Source: Dehalococcoidia bacterium
GTDB taxonomy: Bacteria > Chloroflexota > Dehalococcoidia > Lucifugimonadales > UBA3495
DNA: 64,000 nucleotides
NCBI GenBank assembly: GCA_965243185.1
Contig: OZ251531.1
Coordinates: 151,789-215,788, forward strand
Reading direction: 5' to 3'
Shown here: positions 1 to 8,477 of the stretch, in pieces
Layout of the letters: every line of letters starts with the position of its first letter
How positions within the stretch are numbered: the stretch's first letter is position 1
Position numbers and translations under genes: made by a program
The notes under the pieces: generated by a model
The model's database searches: none
What the model saw: the letters and a program-made list of their open reading frames with translations, nothing else
Told to the model about the DNA's origin: nothing

Positions 1-162
1 GCTGGAATGAACCGTAGCGCCGGGCAAAGTCATCTTGGAAGCGCGGCAAGCAGAATGGTCAAGAATGGTCCAAAGTGTGCCGAGCGATGTGCGCCGGCGA
101 TGCAGTCAGTGTTTCTTGAAAGCCCACAGCGGCGGAAAGTTCAACGAACTTATACCGCTACT

Positions 163-1626
163 CTAAAGCCCAGGCTTGGCCTTGTGCCACTCGGTAGCCT
201 GCTCATAGGCGTAGGCAATACCCAGCAACCTTTCCTCGGATAGGTGGGGGCCAATCAGCTGCATCCCCACCGGCAGGCCGTCGGCAAAGCCGCAAGGCAC
301 TGACAAAGCCGGCAACCCGGCTATGTTTATCGGCAAGGTGCAAACATCAATCAGGTACATCTGCACCGGGTCTGCCATCTTTTCCCCCAAGGGAAAGGCC
401 GCCACCGGAGAAGTGGGCGTTACCAAGGCGTCCACCCGCTCAAAAACTCGGGCAAAATCCTGGCGGATTAGCGTCCGCGCCTGCTGCGCCTTGAGGTAAT
501 AAGCATCGTAGTAGCCGGCCGACAGGGCGTAAGTCCCCAGCATTATCCGCCGTTTCACCTCCGGGCCAAAGCCGTGCTGCCGCGTGCTTTCCATAGCTTG
601 CCACATATCCGCCGTATCCTGATAGGAATAGCCGAACTTCACCCCATCGAAGCGGGCCAAATTAGCCGAACATTCCGACGGGGCAATGATGTAGTAGCAG
701 GCAAGAGCGTGTTCAGTAGTCGGCAAGGAAACCGGCTCGACAGACGCGCCCAACCCTTCCAGTTCCGTAATGGCTTGCCGCACCGCCGCTTGGACGCCCG
801 GCTCCATTCCCGCTACAAAGTATTCGTCGGGGATACCCAACCGCAAATTATCCAGCCGGCCGGTCAGCCCGGTGGTAAAGTCAGCAGCTACCACTGGCAA
901 AGAAGTAGAATCCCTAGAGTCATAACCAGCAATGGCGTTAAGAATCAGGGCGCAGTCGGTAACATCCTTGCCCACCGGCCCGATTTGGTCCAACGAGGAG
1001 GCAAAGGCAATCAGCCCGTAACGGCTGACCCGTCCGTAGGTGGGTTTCAACCCCACTACGCCGCACAGGGACGCCGGCTGCCGAATGCTGCCGCCGGTGT
1101 CCGACCCTAGGGCAAAGAGAGTTTCGCCAGCGGCTACAGCGGCCGCCGCGCCGCCGCTGCTGCCGCCCGGCACCCGCGTCAAGTCCCAAGGATTGCGGGT
1201 CGGGAAAAAGGCCGAGTTTTCGCAGGACGACCCCATAGCGAACTCGTCCATATTGCCCTTGCCCAACAGCACGGCGCCCTGCTCCCCCAACTTTTCCGCA
1301 ACAGTGGCGTCATACACCGGAACATAGTTTTCCAGCATCCGGGAGGCGCAGGTAGTACGGATGCCTTTGGTGCAAATCAGGTCTTTCAGCTGCATCGGGA
1401 TGCCGGTCAGCGGTTGGGCTTCCCCGGACGCCAAAATGCGGTCAGCTCGTTCCGCTTGCTCCAGAGCAACATCCCCGGTAACGGTAATGAAAGCCTTAAC
1501 CCGGCTTTCCACCTGCTCGATGCGGGCCAAGCAGGAACGGGTTAGTTCCACCGAACTGAAATCCCGCCGGACCAACCCGTCCCGGGCTTCGTGGATGGTC
1601 AGTCGCCACAGTTCATCCCGGTTCAA
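163..1626 (-). CDS. gatA: Glu-tRNA(Gln)/Asp-tRNA(Asn) amidotransferase subunit A
   Basis: 487-aa ORF. Amidase signature seen in translation (GGSSGGAAAAVAAG, GSDTGGSIRQPA). Lies 3 nt downstream of gatC on the same strand. Confidence 0.95.
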   Translation of the reverse strand: MNRDELWRLTIHEARDGLVRRDFSSVELTRSCLARIEQVESRVKAFITVTGDVALEQAERADRILASGEAQPLTGIPMQLKDLICTKGIRTTCASRMLENYVPVYDATVAEKLGEQGAVLLGKGNMDEFAMGSSCENSAFFPTRNPWDLTRVPGGSSGGAAAAVAAGETLFALGSDTGGSIRQPASLCGVVGLKPTYGRVSRYGLIAFASSLDQIGPVGKDVTDCALILNAIAGYDSRDSTSLPVVAADFTTGLTGRLDNLRLGIPDEYFVAGMEPGVQAAVRQAITELEGLGASVEPVSLPTTEHALACYYIIAPSECSANLARFDGVKFGYSYQDTADMWQAMESTRQHGFGPEVKRRIMLGTYALSAGYYDAYYLKAQQARTLIRQDFARVFERVDALVTPTSPVAAFPLGEKMADPVQMYLIDVCTLPINIAGLPALSVPCGFADGLPVGMQLIGPHLSEERLLGIAYAYEQATEWHKAKPGL

Positions 1627-1629
1627 GAG

Positions 1630-1932
1630 TTACTCCTCCAGCACCGCTTTAACCCGGAAAAAGTCGCCTTCCCGCCGGGGGGCGTTCCGCAGGGTATCCC
1701 CCGGATTAAGCGGCGATTGGGGAATATCCTCCCGCAGCACCGTATCCAACTCTACGGCGTGGCCGGTGGGGACAATGGCGCTGGTATCCAACTGCTTCAG
1801 CACTTCAAACTGAGCCAAGATGTTGGAAAGCTGTTCCCCAAAGGTCTCCAGTTCCGAGTCGGTCAAGCCGATGCGGGACAAGGCGGCAATGTGTTCAACT
1901 TCGGCGCGTTCCAATGCCATTAACTTCACCAA
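1630..1932 (-). CDS. gatC: Glu-tRNA(Gln)/Asp-tRNA(Asn) amidotransferase subunit C
   Basis: 100-aa ORF with a GatC-like N-terminus (VEHIAALSRIGLTDSELETF...FEVLKQLD), directly upstream of gatA. Confidence 0.9.
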   Translation of the reverse strand: MVKLMALERAEVEHIAALSRIGLTDSELETFGEQLSNILAQFEVLKQLDTSAIVPTGHAVELDTVLREDIPQSPLNPGDTLRNAPRREGDFFRVKAVLEE

Positions 1933-1950
1933 TCCCGGGAAAATCCGGGG

Positions 1951-2799
1951 CTAGTTCATTTCCGAGCCGCCGGATACGCTGATGGACAAGCCGGTCATAT
2001 AGTCTGACTCGGCAGAGGAAAGAAAGGCGGCCAGCCGGGCAATGTCATCCCCTTGGGCGATGCGGCCCATCGGCACCCGAGAGGAGCGTTCCCGCACCAT
2101 CAAAGCCCGGTGTTCCTCAGCCGACTGACCTTCGGCCGCCAGTGCCGCCGCAATGAAATCCACCCGCTCCGTATCCACCAGACCGGGGCAGATGGCGTTG
2201 ACATTAACCCGGTGCGGGGCCATTTCCTGAGCCAGGGCTTGGGTAAAACCCACCAAGGCAAACTTGGACGCGCAATAGGCGGCGTAGCGGGCAATGCCCC
2301 GCTTGCCGGCCCCGGAGGAAATGATGATGATTTTACCGCCCTGATTGCGGGCTACCAGGTGCCGCGCCACTGCCCGCGAACACAAATAAGTTCCCCGGAC
2401 ATTGACCCGCATCACTTCGTCAAAGGCATCCTCCTCCAGTTCCACCACCGGCACCCGGTCGCGGCCGGGGCGGGAACCGGCGTTATTGACCAGAATATCA
2501 ATCTGCCCAAACCGCTCTAGTACCTGCCCGACCATTTCCGCCACTTGCCCGCTGTCGGCCGCATCGGAAAAGAGACCCAACGCCTGCCGCCCTTCAGCCT
2601 CGATTTCCTTGACTACGCTGGGCAGTCCCTCCCAACCCTCGGCCCGGTCCGAGACGCGGATCGCGTCCCGGGACTGGGGAATGTCGGTAACTACTACATC
2701 CGCCCCTTCCCGGGCCAGCCGGGTCGCGATAGCCCGGCCGATGCCGTGCCGCCCGCCGGCTCCGGTAACGATTGCCACTTTCCCGCTCAGGTCGTACAT
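1951..2799 (-). CDS. Short-chain dehydrogenase/reductase (SDR)
   Basis: Rossmann motif VAIVTGAGGRHGIGRAIA and catalytic YAAYCASK seen. Start moved to the internal ATG (MYDLSGK, cat at 2797-2799) because the track N-terminus is low-complexity. Confidence 0.85.
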   Translation of the reverse strand: MYDLSGKVAIVTGAGGRHGIGRAIATRLAREGADVVVTDIPQSRDAIRVSDRAEGWEGLPSVVKEIEAEGRQALGLFSDAADSGQVAEMVGQVLERFGQIDILVNNAGSRPGRDRVPVVELEEDAFDEVMRVNVRGTYLCSRAVARHLVARNQGGKIIIISSGAGKRGIARYAAYCASKFALVGFTQALAQEMAPHRVNVNAICPGLVDTERVDFIAAALAAEGQSAEEHRALMVRERSSRVPMGRIAQGDDIARLAAFLSSAESDYMTGLSISVSGGSEMN

Positions 2800-2827
2800 C
2801 CTGACACCAATCCTTGCCGTGTATGTG

Positions 2828-3616
2828 CTACGCGTCCCCGTGGCTGTGGTGCTGGTAGGCGTAGGCATGGCCGTCGGTATGCACCAGCAGCAGATGCGCA
2901 CCAAAGGTTTCGTTCAGCACATCCTCGGTCAAAATTTCCTCCGGGTCGCCAAAGGCCACCATTTGGCAGTGCAGGCACAGGCATTTGCCGGCGCAAGAGG
3001 AAACGCAGGATAAATCGTGGGTGCTGAAAACTATTGCCGTCCCTTCCTCTTGCAAGTTGCTGAAAATGTCCAGCAACTGGTGCTGTGCGGTCGCGTCCAA
3101 GCCGGCCATCGGTTCATCCAGCAGCAACAGGGCAGGATTGCCGGCCAAAGCCCGGGCCAGCAGCGCCCGCCGCCGCTGCCCGCCGGAAAGTTCGCCGATA
3201 AGGGCGTTTTTCCGGTCATACATCTTGACCCGCTCCAAAGCGGCAGCCGCCTGCTCCTTATCCTCCTTAGTCGGGCGGCGGAACAGCCCCCGGCCGGCGT
3301 AGCGGCCCATCAAAGTCACATCTCCCACCGTCGCCGGAAAATCCCAATCCACCTGCTCCTGCTGCGGCACATAGCCCACCCGCTTTCGGGCGGTCAGAGC
3401 CGGCTGCCCCAAGATGGAAACCGCTCCGGTCAACGGCTTAATCAAGCCCAAGATGGCTTTCAGCAGGGTAGATTTGCCCGCCCCGTTGGGGCCGATAATG
3501 CCCACCACATCTCCCCGGTCGGCGGTGAAAGTAACACCTTGCAAAGCCAAACGCCCGCCGTAACCGGCACTGAGGCCGGTTACTTCCAGCACGGCGGTGG
3601 CATCAACCTGCGCCAT
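2828..3616 (-). CDS. Metal (Mn/Zn-type) ABC transporter ATP-binding protein
   Basis: Walker A GPNGAGKST, ABC signature LSGGQRRR and Walker B LLLLDEP, plus a His-rich C-terminal tail. No permease or binding-protein gene is adjacent in the window. Confidence 0.85.
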   Translation of the reverse strand: MAQVDATAVLEVTGLSAGYGGRLALQGVTFTADRGDVVGIIGPNGAGKSTLLKAILGLIKPLTGAVSILGQPALTARKRVGYVPQQEQVDWDFPATVGDVTLMGRYAGRGLFRRPTKEDKEQAAAALERVKMYDRKNALIGELSGGQRRRALLARALAGNPALLLLDEPMAGLDATAQHQLLDIFSNLQEEGTAIVFSTHDLSCVSSCAGKCLCLHCQMVAFGDPEEILTEDVLNETFGAHLLLVHTDGHAYAYQHHSHGDA

Positions 3617-3656
3617 AATAAAACAATCCTCTCAACGGAATTTAGGGATGAGCCGG

Positions 3657-4097
3657 CTATTCGGTTTTGCCCGGCAAGGCCAGTAATGCCGTGCCGCCTA
3701 CATAGCGTTCCCCGGCCGGCCCGGTCATCATCAGGTCGCACTCCACCAAGTTCTCCCCATTTTCCTGCCGGGTATCGGTAACCGTGGCCGAAATCAGCAG
3801 CGGCTGGTTGTGCGGCACCGGTTGGCGGAACACCAAATCCAAGTCTTTCAGAGCCTCCGGGCCAGCCCAATCGGTCAAAGCCTGGCTCATAATCGCCATA
3901 CTCATCACGCCGGGGACAATCGGCCCGGACAGGCCGGAGGCTTCGGCGGTAGCCTGGTCCGTAAAGCGGTTCGGCGTCGCGTTGCCCCAAAGCCGGCAAA
4001 AGTCCGCTACCCCTTCATCGGTAGCCACCAATTCCCGCGGGCCGATTTCGCTGCCCAACTCCACATCCTCAAACCAGGGGACGGTTCCAATGGTCAT
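3657..4097 (-). CDS. MaoC-like (R)-hydratase hotdog-fold protein
   Basis: 146-aa ORF with the MaoC C-terminal-type pattern (NRFTDQATAEASGLSGPIVPGVM). Paired with the neighbouring MaoC N-terminal-type ORF. Confidence 0.75.
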   Translation of the reverse strand: MTIGTVPWFEDVELGSEIGPRELVATDEGVADFCRLWGNATPNRFTDQATAEASGLSGPIVPGVMSMAIMSQALTDWAGPEALKDLDLVFRQPVPHNQPLLISATVTDTRQENGENLVECDLMMTGPAGERYVGGTALLALPGKTE

Positions 4098-4106
4098 CGC
4101 TTCAGT

Positions 4107-4556
4107 TCACTCCCGGGAAGCGTAGGATTCCTGCACATCGGCGACTACCGCGCCATCCTGATTGCGAAAGGTAGTTTCCCAAACCGTAAAAACCATTGTA
4201 CCGCTGCGCCCGGTCTTGGGATAAACCTCTTTCAGATGGGAGGATGCGGTTAAGCAATCCCCGGCCACGATGGGGGCGCGAGACTGTACCCGCTGGCCGG
4301 CGTGGAAACGGGCGCGGCCGAACTGCAACTCAATGTCCGGCAACTCCACATTACGCACCAGCAGGGTGCAAAAAGTGGGCGGCGCCAGAATATCGGCATA
4401 GCCGGCGGCTTGGGCCGCTACCCGGTCGGTAAAGACCGGGTTGGTTTCGCCGATACTGCGGTTGAAAGTCTGAATCAGTTCCGGAGTAATGGCAAAGGGG
4501 CCGGCCTGATGCTCCACCCCGTACAAATCACGATTATATTCCAGTTCCAAGGTCAT
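4107..4556 (-). CDS. MaoC-family dehydratase, N-terminal-domain type (hotdog fold)
   Basis: 149-aa ORF with pattern ETNPVFTDRVAAQAAGYADILAPPTF. Its stop lies 10 nt upstream of the partner hotdog gene start, recalling HadA/HadB-like heterodimer pairs (inference). Confidence 0.7.
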   Translation of the reverse strand: MTLELEYNRDLYGVEHQAGPFAITPELIQTFNRSIGETNPVFTDRVAAQAAGYADILAPPTFCTLLVRNVELPDIELQFGRARFHAGQRVQSRAPIVAGDCLTASSHLKEVYPKTGRSGTMVFTVWETTFRNQDGAVVADVQESYASRE

Positions 4557-4562
4557 CAGCCC

Positions 4563-5249
4563 TTATTCCCCTTTAGTGTCCTCCAGCCAGACCGGGGCAA
4601 AGCTGCCGGTCAGCAGGGCATCCACCAACTCCCGATCGTTATGTATCGTTGTCGGAAAGGAAGTAAGGCAAGCCCCGATGTGGCTGGCCAGATGGGCGTC
4701 GCTGCCGCCGGTGCCGGCGTAGCCCTGTTCCCGGCACAAGGCGTCGGCTCGTTCATTCTCTCCGGCCCGGCTGCCCCCGTTCAACCGCTCGGCAATCTGC
4801 ACATCGGCAAAGGTTTCGCCCTGCTCCATATAGTCCACCAAGCCGATGCCAAAACGTCCGGGATGGGCGGGAAAAGCAATGGCATTGTGCTGCCGGGCTG
4901 CCCGCACCAACTCCCGGGCGTCCATCCTCACATCCGCCAAGTTGACCTCTTTAGCCAGCGCGGCGGTAACGCCATACACCAAGAAGTGGCCGTAGCGGGT
5001 ATCCAGTTCCGACCCTTTAAGAATCAGTACGCCGTACTCCGCCGCCAGTTGGGAATAGTCCTTGTCGAAGTCAAACTTGCGGTGTTCGGTCAGGACAATA
5101 CCGTCCACCGTGTAGCCCCGTTTCCGCAAAACCTGAATCCACTTGACATACTGCTCAACCGTAGCCCGGGAGTCATCAGAGGAAACGGAGTGGCTGTGCA
5201 GGTCGAGGTACATGGAACGGGCAATCATCCTTTCGGGCAATCCCGGCAA
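4563..5249 (-). CDS. PHP-domain metal-dependent phosphoesterase
   Basis: Motif YLDLHSHSVSSDD near the N-terminus and GGSDAH near the C-terminus. The track start is a TTG; an ATG at 5213 (MYLDLH) is an alternative start. Confidence 0.75.
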   Translation of the reverse strand: MPGLPERMIARSMYLDLHSHSVSSDDSRATVEQYVKWIQVLRKRGYTVDGIVLTEHRKFDFDKDYSQLAAEYGVLILKGSELDTRYGHFLVYGVTAALAKEVNLADVRMDARELVRAARQHNAIAFPAHPGRFGIGLVDYMEQGETFADVQIAERLNGGSRAGENERADALCREQGYAGTGGSDAHLASHIGACLTSFPTTIHNDRELVDALLTGSFAPVWLEDTKGE

Positions 5250-5284
5250 CCGGGAAAATCAGGCCGGAAACTTTGCCGCCTATA

Positions 5285-5351
5285 ATACCCGCTGCCGGCG
5301 GAATAGGCAACCGGGTCAGCCGCGCATTGCTTTTAAGAACTCATCCCCGCC
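5285..5351. repeat. 67-bp direct repeat, copy 1 (duplicate of the aldolase gene 3-prime end and flank)
   Basis: Read directly: 65/67 identical to 6100..6166 (ATACCCGCTRCCGGCGGAATAGGCAACCGGGTCAGCCGCGCATTGCYTTTAAGAACTCATCCCCGCC). Confidence 0.9.
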
Positions 5352-5535
5352 ACTTCTTAATCCAATTATTAACGGCGACGCCAAACAAGACAATCACCAC
5401 CAACCCAGCCAGAACCGCTATAGCCGGGTTCTGCTGCAAAAAGGTCAATACCTGGCTCAAGACGTACAACACCAAGCCAAGAATCACCAGGGCAACAATG
5501 CCAACGATGACAACCGACCACTCGCGCTCAGTCAT
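5341..5535 (-). CDS. Small two-TM membrane protein (hypothetical)
   Basis: 64-aa ORF with two hydrophobic helices. Its last codons are supplied by repeat copy 1, read in a different frame from the aldolase. Confidence 0.4.
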   Translation of the reverse strand: MTEREWSVVIVGIVALVILGLVLYVLSQVLTFLQQNPAIAVLAGLVVIVLFGVAVNNWIKKWRG

Positions 5536-5655
5536 TACAAACCTCCGAGAGTAACCTCTTGCGGCAGTTTATCAAAGGAAACCGGCGGCGACAATCAATC
5601 TGCCGCCCGGGTTCCGTCCGATATGCGGCGTACAGCAGTGAGACCGGCCTCTACT

Positions 5656-6051
5656 TTAGAAAGGCCAGTAAGTCTCCCGTTCTCGACGTGTCTTGGCTTG
5701 TTTCGCTTTCTTGGCAGCAGTCTGGCTCGCAACCGCCTCGAAATCCTTTTGAGGGATTACCTTTGCAGGCGGAGTTTGCGTCTGGGGGACGCCAATGGAC
5801 TTGAACTTGGCGCGGAACTGCCGGTCGGTGGTCGCGCCCTTCCGAGTGTTGCAGGAACGGCAAAGCAGTTGCAAGTTCCTCTTGTTGTCAGAGCCGCCTT
5901 TGGCCACCGGGTTCTTGTGGTCGATGTCCATCAGGTCTATGCCGGGCTTGCGGCCACAGTACATACACTTCCCGCCTTGGGACTTGAAAAGTTCCGACTT
6001 CAGCGCGGAGCTGAAACTCTTGCGCCGACGCTCTGGTTCGTAAAACAACAT
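5656..6051 (-). CDS. HNH endonuclease
   Basis: HNH motif seen: CMYCGRK...DIDHKNPVAKGGSDNKRNLQLLCRSCNTRKG. Confidence 0.85.
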   Translation of the reverse strand: MLFYEPERRRKSFSSALKSELFKSQGGKCMYCGRKPGIDLMDIDHKNPVAKGGSDNKRNLQLLCRSCNTRKGATTDRQFRAKFKSIGVPQTQTPPAKVIPQKDFEAVASQTAAKKAKQAKTRRERETYWPF

Positions 6052-6099
6052 CTCATCCTCCTACGCTGCTCTCCACAATCTGCGGACATCACCCAGATG

Positions 6100-6166
6100 A
6101 TACCCGCTACCGGCGGAATAGGCAACCGGGTCAGCCGCGCATTGCCTTTAAGAACTCATCCCCGCC
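6100..6166. repeat. 67-bp direct repeat, copy 2 (covers the authentic 3-prime end of the aldolase gene)
   Basis: Matches 5285..5351. Overlaps the stop codon (6131) and last 12 codons of the HpcH-family gene. Confidence 0.9.
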
Positions 6167-6904
6167 GCCGCGAATCATATCCTGAGCGCCTACCGACAGC
6201 AGTTGTACCCCTTGGCCGGCAAAGTGCTGAAAGCGCGGCAAGTTGTTCAGCGCCATTCCCGCCCCGGCTACGCCGATAAACTTGTCCTCGGCTTTAGTGC
6301 CGGCGATAACCCGGTCAATGGCGGCGTCCAGTTCCGCGGGAGTTGCCATGCCCATAGTTTGGGTCAAGTCACTGCTGCCTACCAGTAAAGCGTCAATGCC
6401 GGGAACGGCGGCGATTTCCCGCACATTTTCCACTGCTTCCGGCGTTTCAATCATCACGATAACCAAGGTTTCCCGGTTGGCGGCGGCGTAGTATTCCGGG
6501 GTGGGCAAGCCAGCCCCGAATCGGTTGGTACGCCCCCCGGTGGCGCTGCTGCGGTCCCCCTCGGGATAGTGGCGGGCCGCCCGGGCCACGCCCTCGGCTT
6601 CGGCTTTAGTGGAGATGTGCGGCACGATAAGCCCCTGCGCGCCCCGGTCCAGGAACCGCAGAATGGTCGAGGGGTAGGCATTGGGTATCCGCACGATGGG
6701 CGTCAAGTCGTAAAGCTCGGCGGCCCGCACCATATTCTCCGTTTCCGAGTCGTTGGAGGAGCCGTGTTCGCAGTCAATCCAGACCCAATCAAAGCCCATC
6801 ACGCCGTACAGCTCGACCAAGCCGGGGGCGTAAAAGTTGATACTGGCGCCGAGGGTAACCGCACCGGCAGCCAGTTTTGCTTTTGTGCCGTTAGTTCGCA
6901 CCAT
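6131..6904 (-). CDS. HpcH/HpaI-family aldolase
   Basis: 257-aa ORF with the family pattern (GFDWVWIDCEHG, IVRIP, LDRGAQGLIVPH). Confidence 0.85.
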   Translation of the reverse strand: MVRTNGTKAKLAAGAVTLGASINFYAPGLVELYGVMGFDWVWIDCEHGSSNDSETENMVRAAELYDLTPIVRIPNAYPSTILRFLDRGAQGLIVPHISTKAEAEGVARAARHYPEGDRSSATGGRTNRFGAGLPTPEYYAAANRETLVIVMIETPEAVENVREIAAVPGIDALLVGSSDLTQTMGMATPAELDAAIDRVIAGTKAEDKFIGVAGAGMALNNLPRFQHFAGQGVQLLSVGAQDMIRGGGDEFLKAMRG

Positions 6905-6951
6905 TGTTTTCCTATCTCCAAACAGTGGTTAAGGAATGGATTAAGCCGGGA

Positions 6952-7460
6952 AAGGGAGAGGTCTGAAACAAACCTGTAAGCCGGGTTCTGTATCCTGCCT
7001 TGCGGCGGGATGGTGACCATCTATCTAGCCCCCGGCAGCAGTATCGGCAGACGCTGCCACCGGTCGACGCCAAGGAAAACCTCGCGCCGGACGATGTTGC
7101 CATCGGGGTCCAGCGGCCAACCCGGGGATGAGCCGGACACTCGTGCTCCCTCTATTCGGCCTTGCTCCAAGTGGGGTTTAGCCGCCGCTGCGTCACCGCA
7201 GCGACCGGGCGCTCTTACCGCCCGATTGCAACCTTACCGCCGAATTAGCCAAAGCCGCCGTATTTTGTGGCGCGGCGGCAATGACCGTGGTACCCGGCGG
7301 CGGTATGTTTCTGTGCCACTTTCCGTCCCCGGCGGCCGCCCGAAAGCCGCCGCCGAAGCCTGGGCGTTACCCAGCACCCTGTCCGGTGGAGCCCGGACTT
7401 TCCTCCCCGGCAGGAATTGCTCCCCACCGCGGCGGTCACCCGGTTTGCCCTGCCTCTCCC
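6952..7460 (-). ncRNA. rnpB: RNase P RNA, bacterial type A
   Basis: Minus-strand sequence contains GGAGGAAAGTCCGGGCTCCAC, GGGTAACGCCCAGG, ACAGAAACATACCGCC and ACAGAACCCGGCTTACAGG. The 5-prime GGGAGAGGCAGGGCAAACC pairs with the 3-prime GGTTTGTTTCAGACCTCTCCC (P1). End positions are +/- 5 nt. Confidence 0.92.
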
Positions 7461-7466
7461 ATCATC

Positions 7467-7495
7467 AATCTAGCACAAGCTTATCGATGGGTCAA
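7467..7495 (-). promoter_or_regulatory. Sigma-70-like promoter of rnpB
   Basis: Minus strand reads TTGACC, 17-nt spacer, TAGATT. The predicted start falls 7 nt downstream, at the G that begins the P1 helix. Confidence 0.6.
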
Positions 7496-7589
7496 GTTGC
7501 GGATTGAACCGGTATCCCGCCGCTAATAACAAAGGACGGGTATCCCACCCGCCCTAAAAGGTCAGCCATAGGTTGGCTTGGCTGCTTTC

Positions 7590-8291
7590 CTACCCCGGCA
7601 GCAGCATCCGCCCGCAACTGTTGCACAGCACCGTTTGGCGGCCGGAACGCACCCGCTGCAAGTGCTGGGTCGGCAGGGACATTCGGCAAGCCAAGCACAA
7701 GCCGCGCATTACCCGGGACACCGCTTGCCCGCCCTTGCTTTTCCGCAATCCTTCGTAGCGGGTCAACTCCACCGCATCCACCCCGGAAGCCATATTTTTC
7801 CGCTCCTCGGTCAAGGTTGCCTGTCGCTCGGTCAATTCCTCCAGCTGCACCCACAGCTCGGTTTGGCGGCTACTCCACGCGGTCTGCGTATCCGCAAACT
7901 GCTGCTCCAGGGTTTCAATGCGATTGCGGGTATCCTCGGCTTGCAGGGAAAACTCCAGCAGCCGCACCTCCTCCTGCTCCAACAGGTGCTTGGTGTTGTT
8001 GGACTCCATTTGCAGGGTTTCCAGTTCCCGGGGATTGGTAATGTCCCCACTGTAAAGCTGCGCGTCCAAGTTAAAAGCCCGCTCCCGCAGCCGCTCCGCT
8101 TCCTGCTGCGCTTCCCGGTGCAAGGACTGGATTTCCTGCAAACGGACGCGGGCTTGTTCCAGAGCTTCCTCAATCTCGCCCAAGGAAAGGCGGGTCTCCA
8201 GTTCCTGCTCTACTTCGGCGATGCGGCCGTTGACTTCGTCCAAGGCCAAGTCCACTTCCTGAAGGGAATACAACTGCTTGATGGTAGTCAT
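7590..8291 (-). CDS. Coiled-coil protein with C-terminal C4 zinc ribbon (COG1579-like)
   Basis: 233-aa ORF with a long heptad-rich region and then CLACRMSL...CNSCGRML. Confidence 0.8.
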   Translation of the reverse strand: MTTIKQLYSLQEVDLALDEVNGRIAEVEQELETRLSLGEIEEALEQARVRLQEIQSLHREAQQEAERLRERAFNLDAQLYSGDITNPRELETLQMESNNTKHLLEQEEVRLLEFSLQAEDTRNRIETLEQQFADTQTAWSSRQTELWVQLEELTERQATLTEERKNMASGVDAVELTRYEGLRKSKGGQAVSRVMRGLCLACRMSLPTQHLQRVRSGRQTVLCNSCGRMLLPG

Positions 8292-8477
8292 CTAACCCGC
8301 CTGTAACTTCTGGTGATTAGCTCTCTTGTTGCCGGGTCAATTCTATTAACTTTGCCATATTTTTGTCAATGATTGCCGGCAGCCGCCGGCAACATCAGGT
8401 ATAATCCCTGCTTGACGCCGGCCGCCGCAAGCCGGCCGCGAAAGTTGCTATCCCTTAACCCCGGCAGAGGTTCCCGT

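Noticed and set aside
1-162. Possible minus-strand gene start (ATG at 31-33, MTLPGATVHSS...) running off the left edge.
   Set aside because: Only 11 codons are visible and no motif can be seen, so it cannot be supported.
7010-7507. 165-aa plus-strand ORF (and overlapping ORFs 7245..7439 and 7281..7526).
   Set aside because: The region is fully explained by the minus-strand RNase P RNA. The ORFs are chance open frames in GC-rich non-coding DNA.
7495-7560. GGTTCAATCC-like string on the minus strand, suggestive of a tRNA T-arm.
   Set aside because: The flanking bases do not form a T-stem or an acceptor stem. The segment contains the rnpB promoter.
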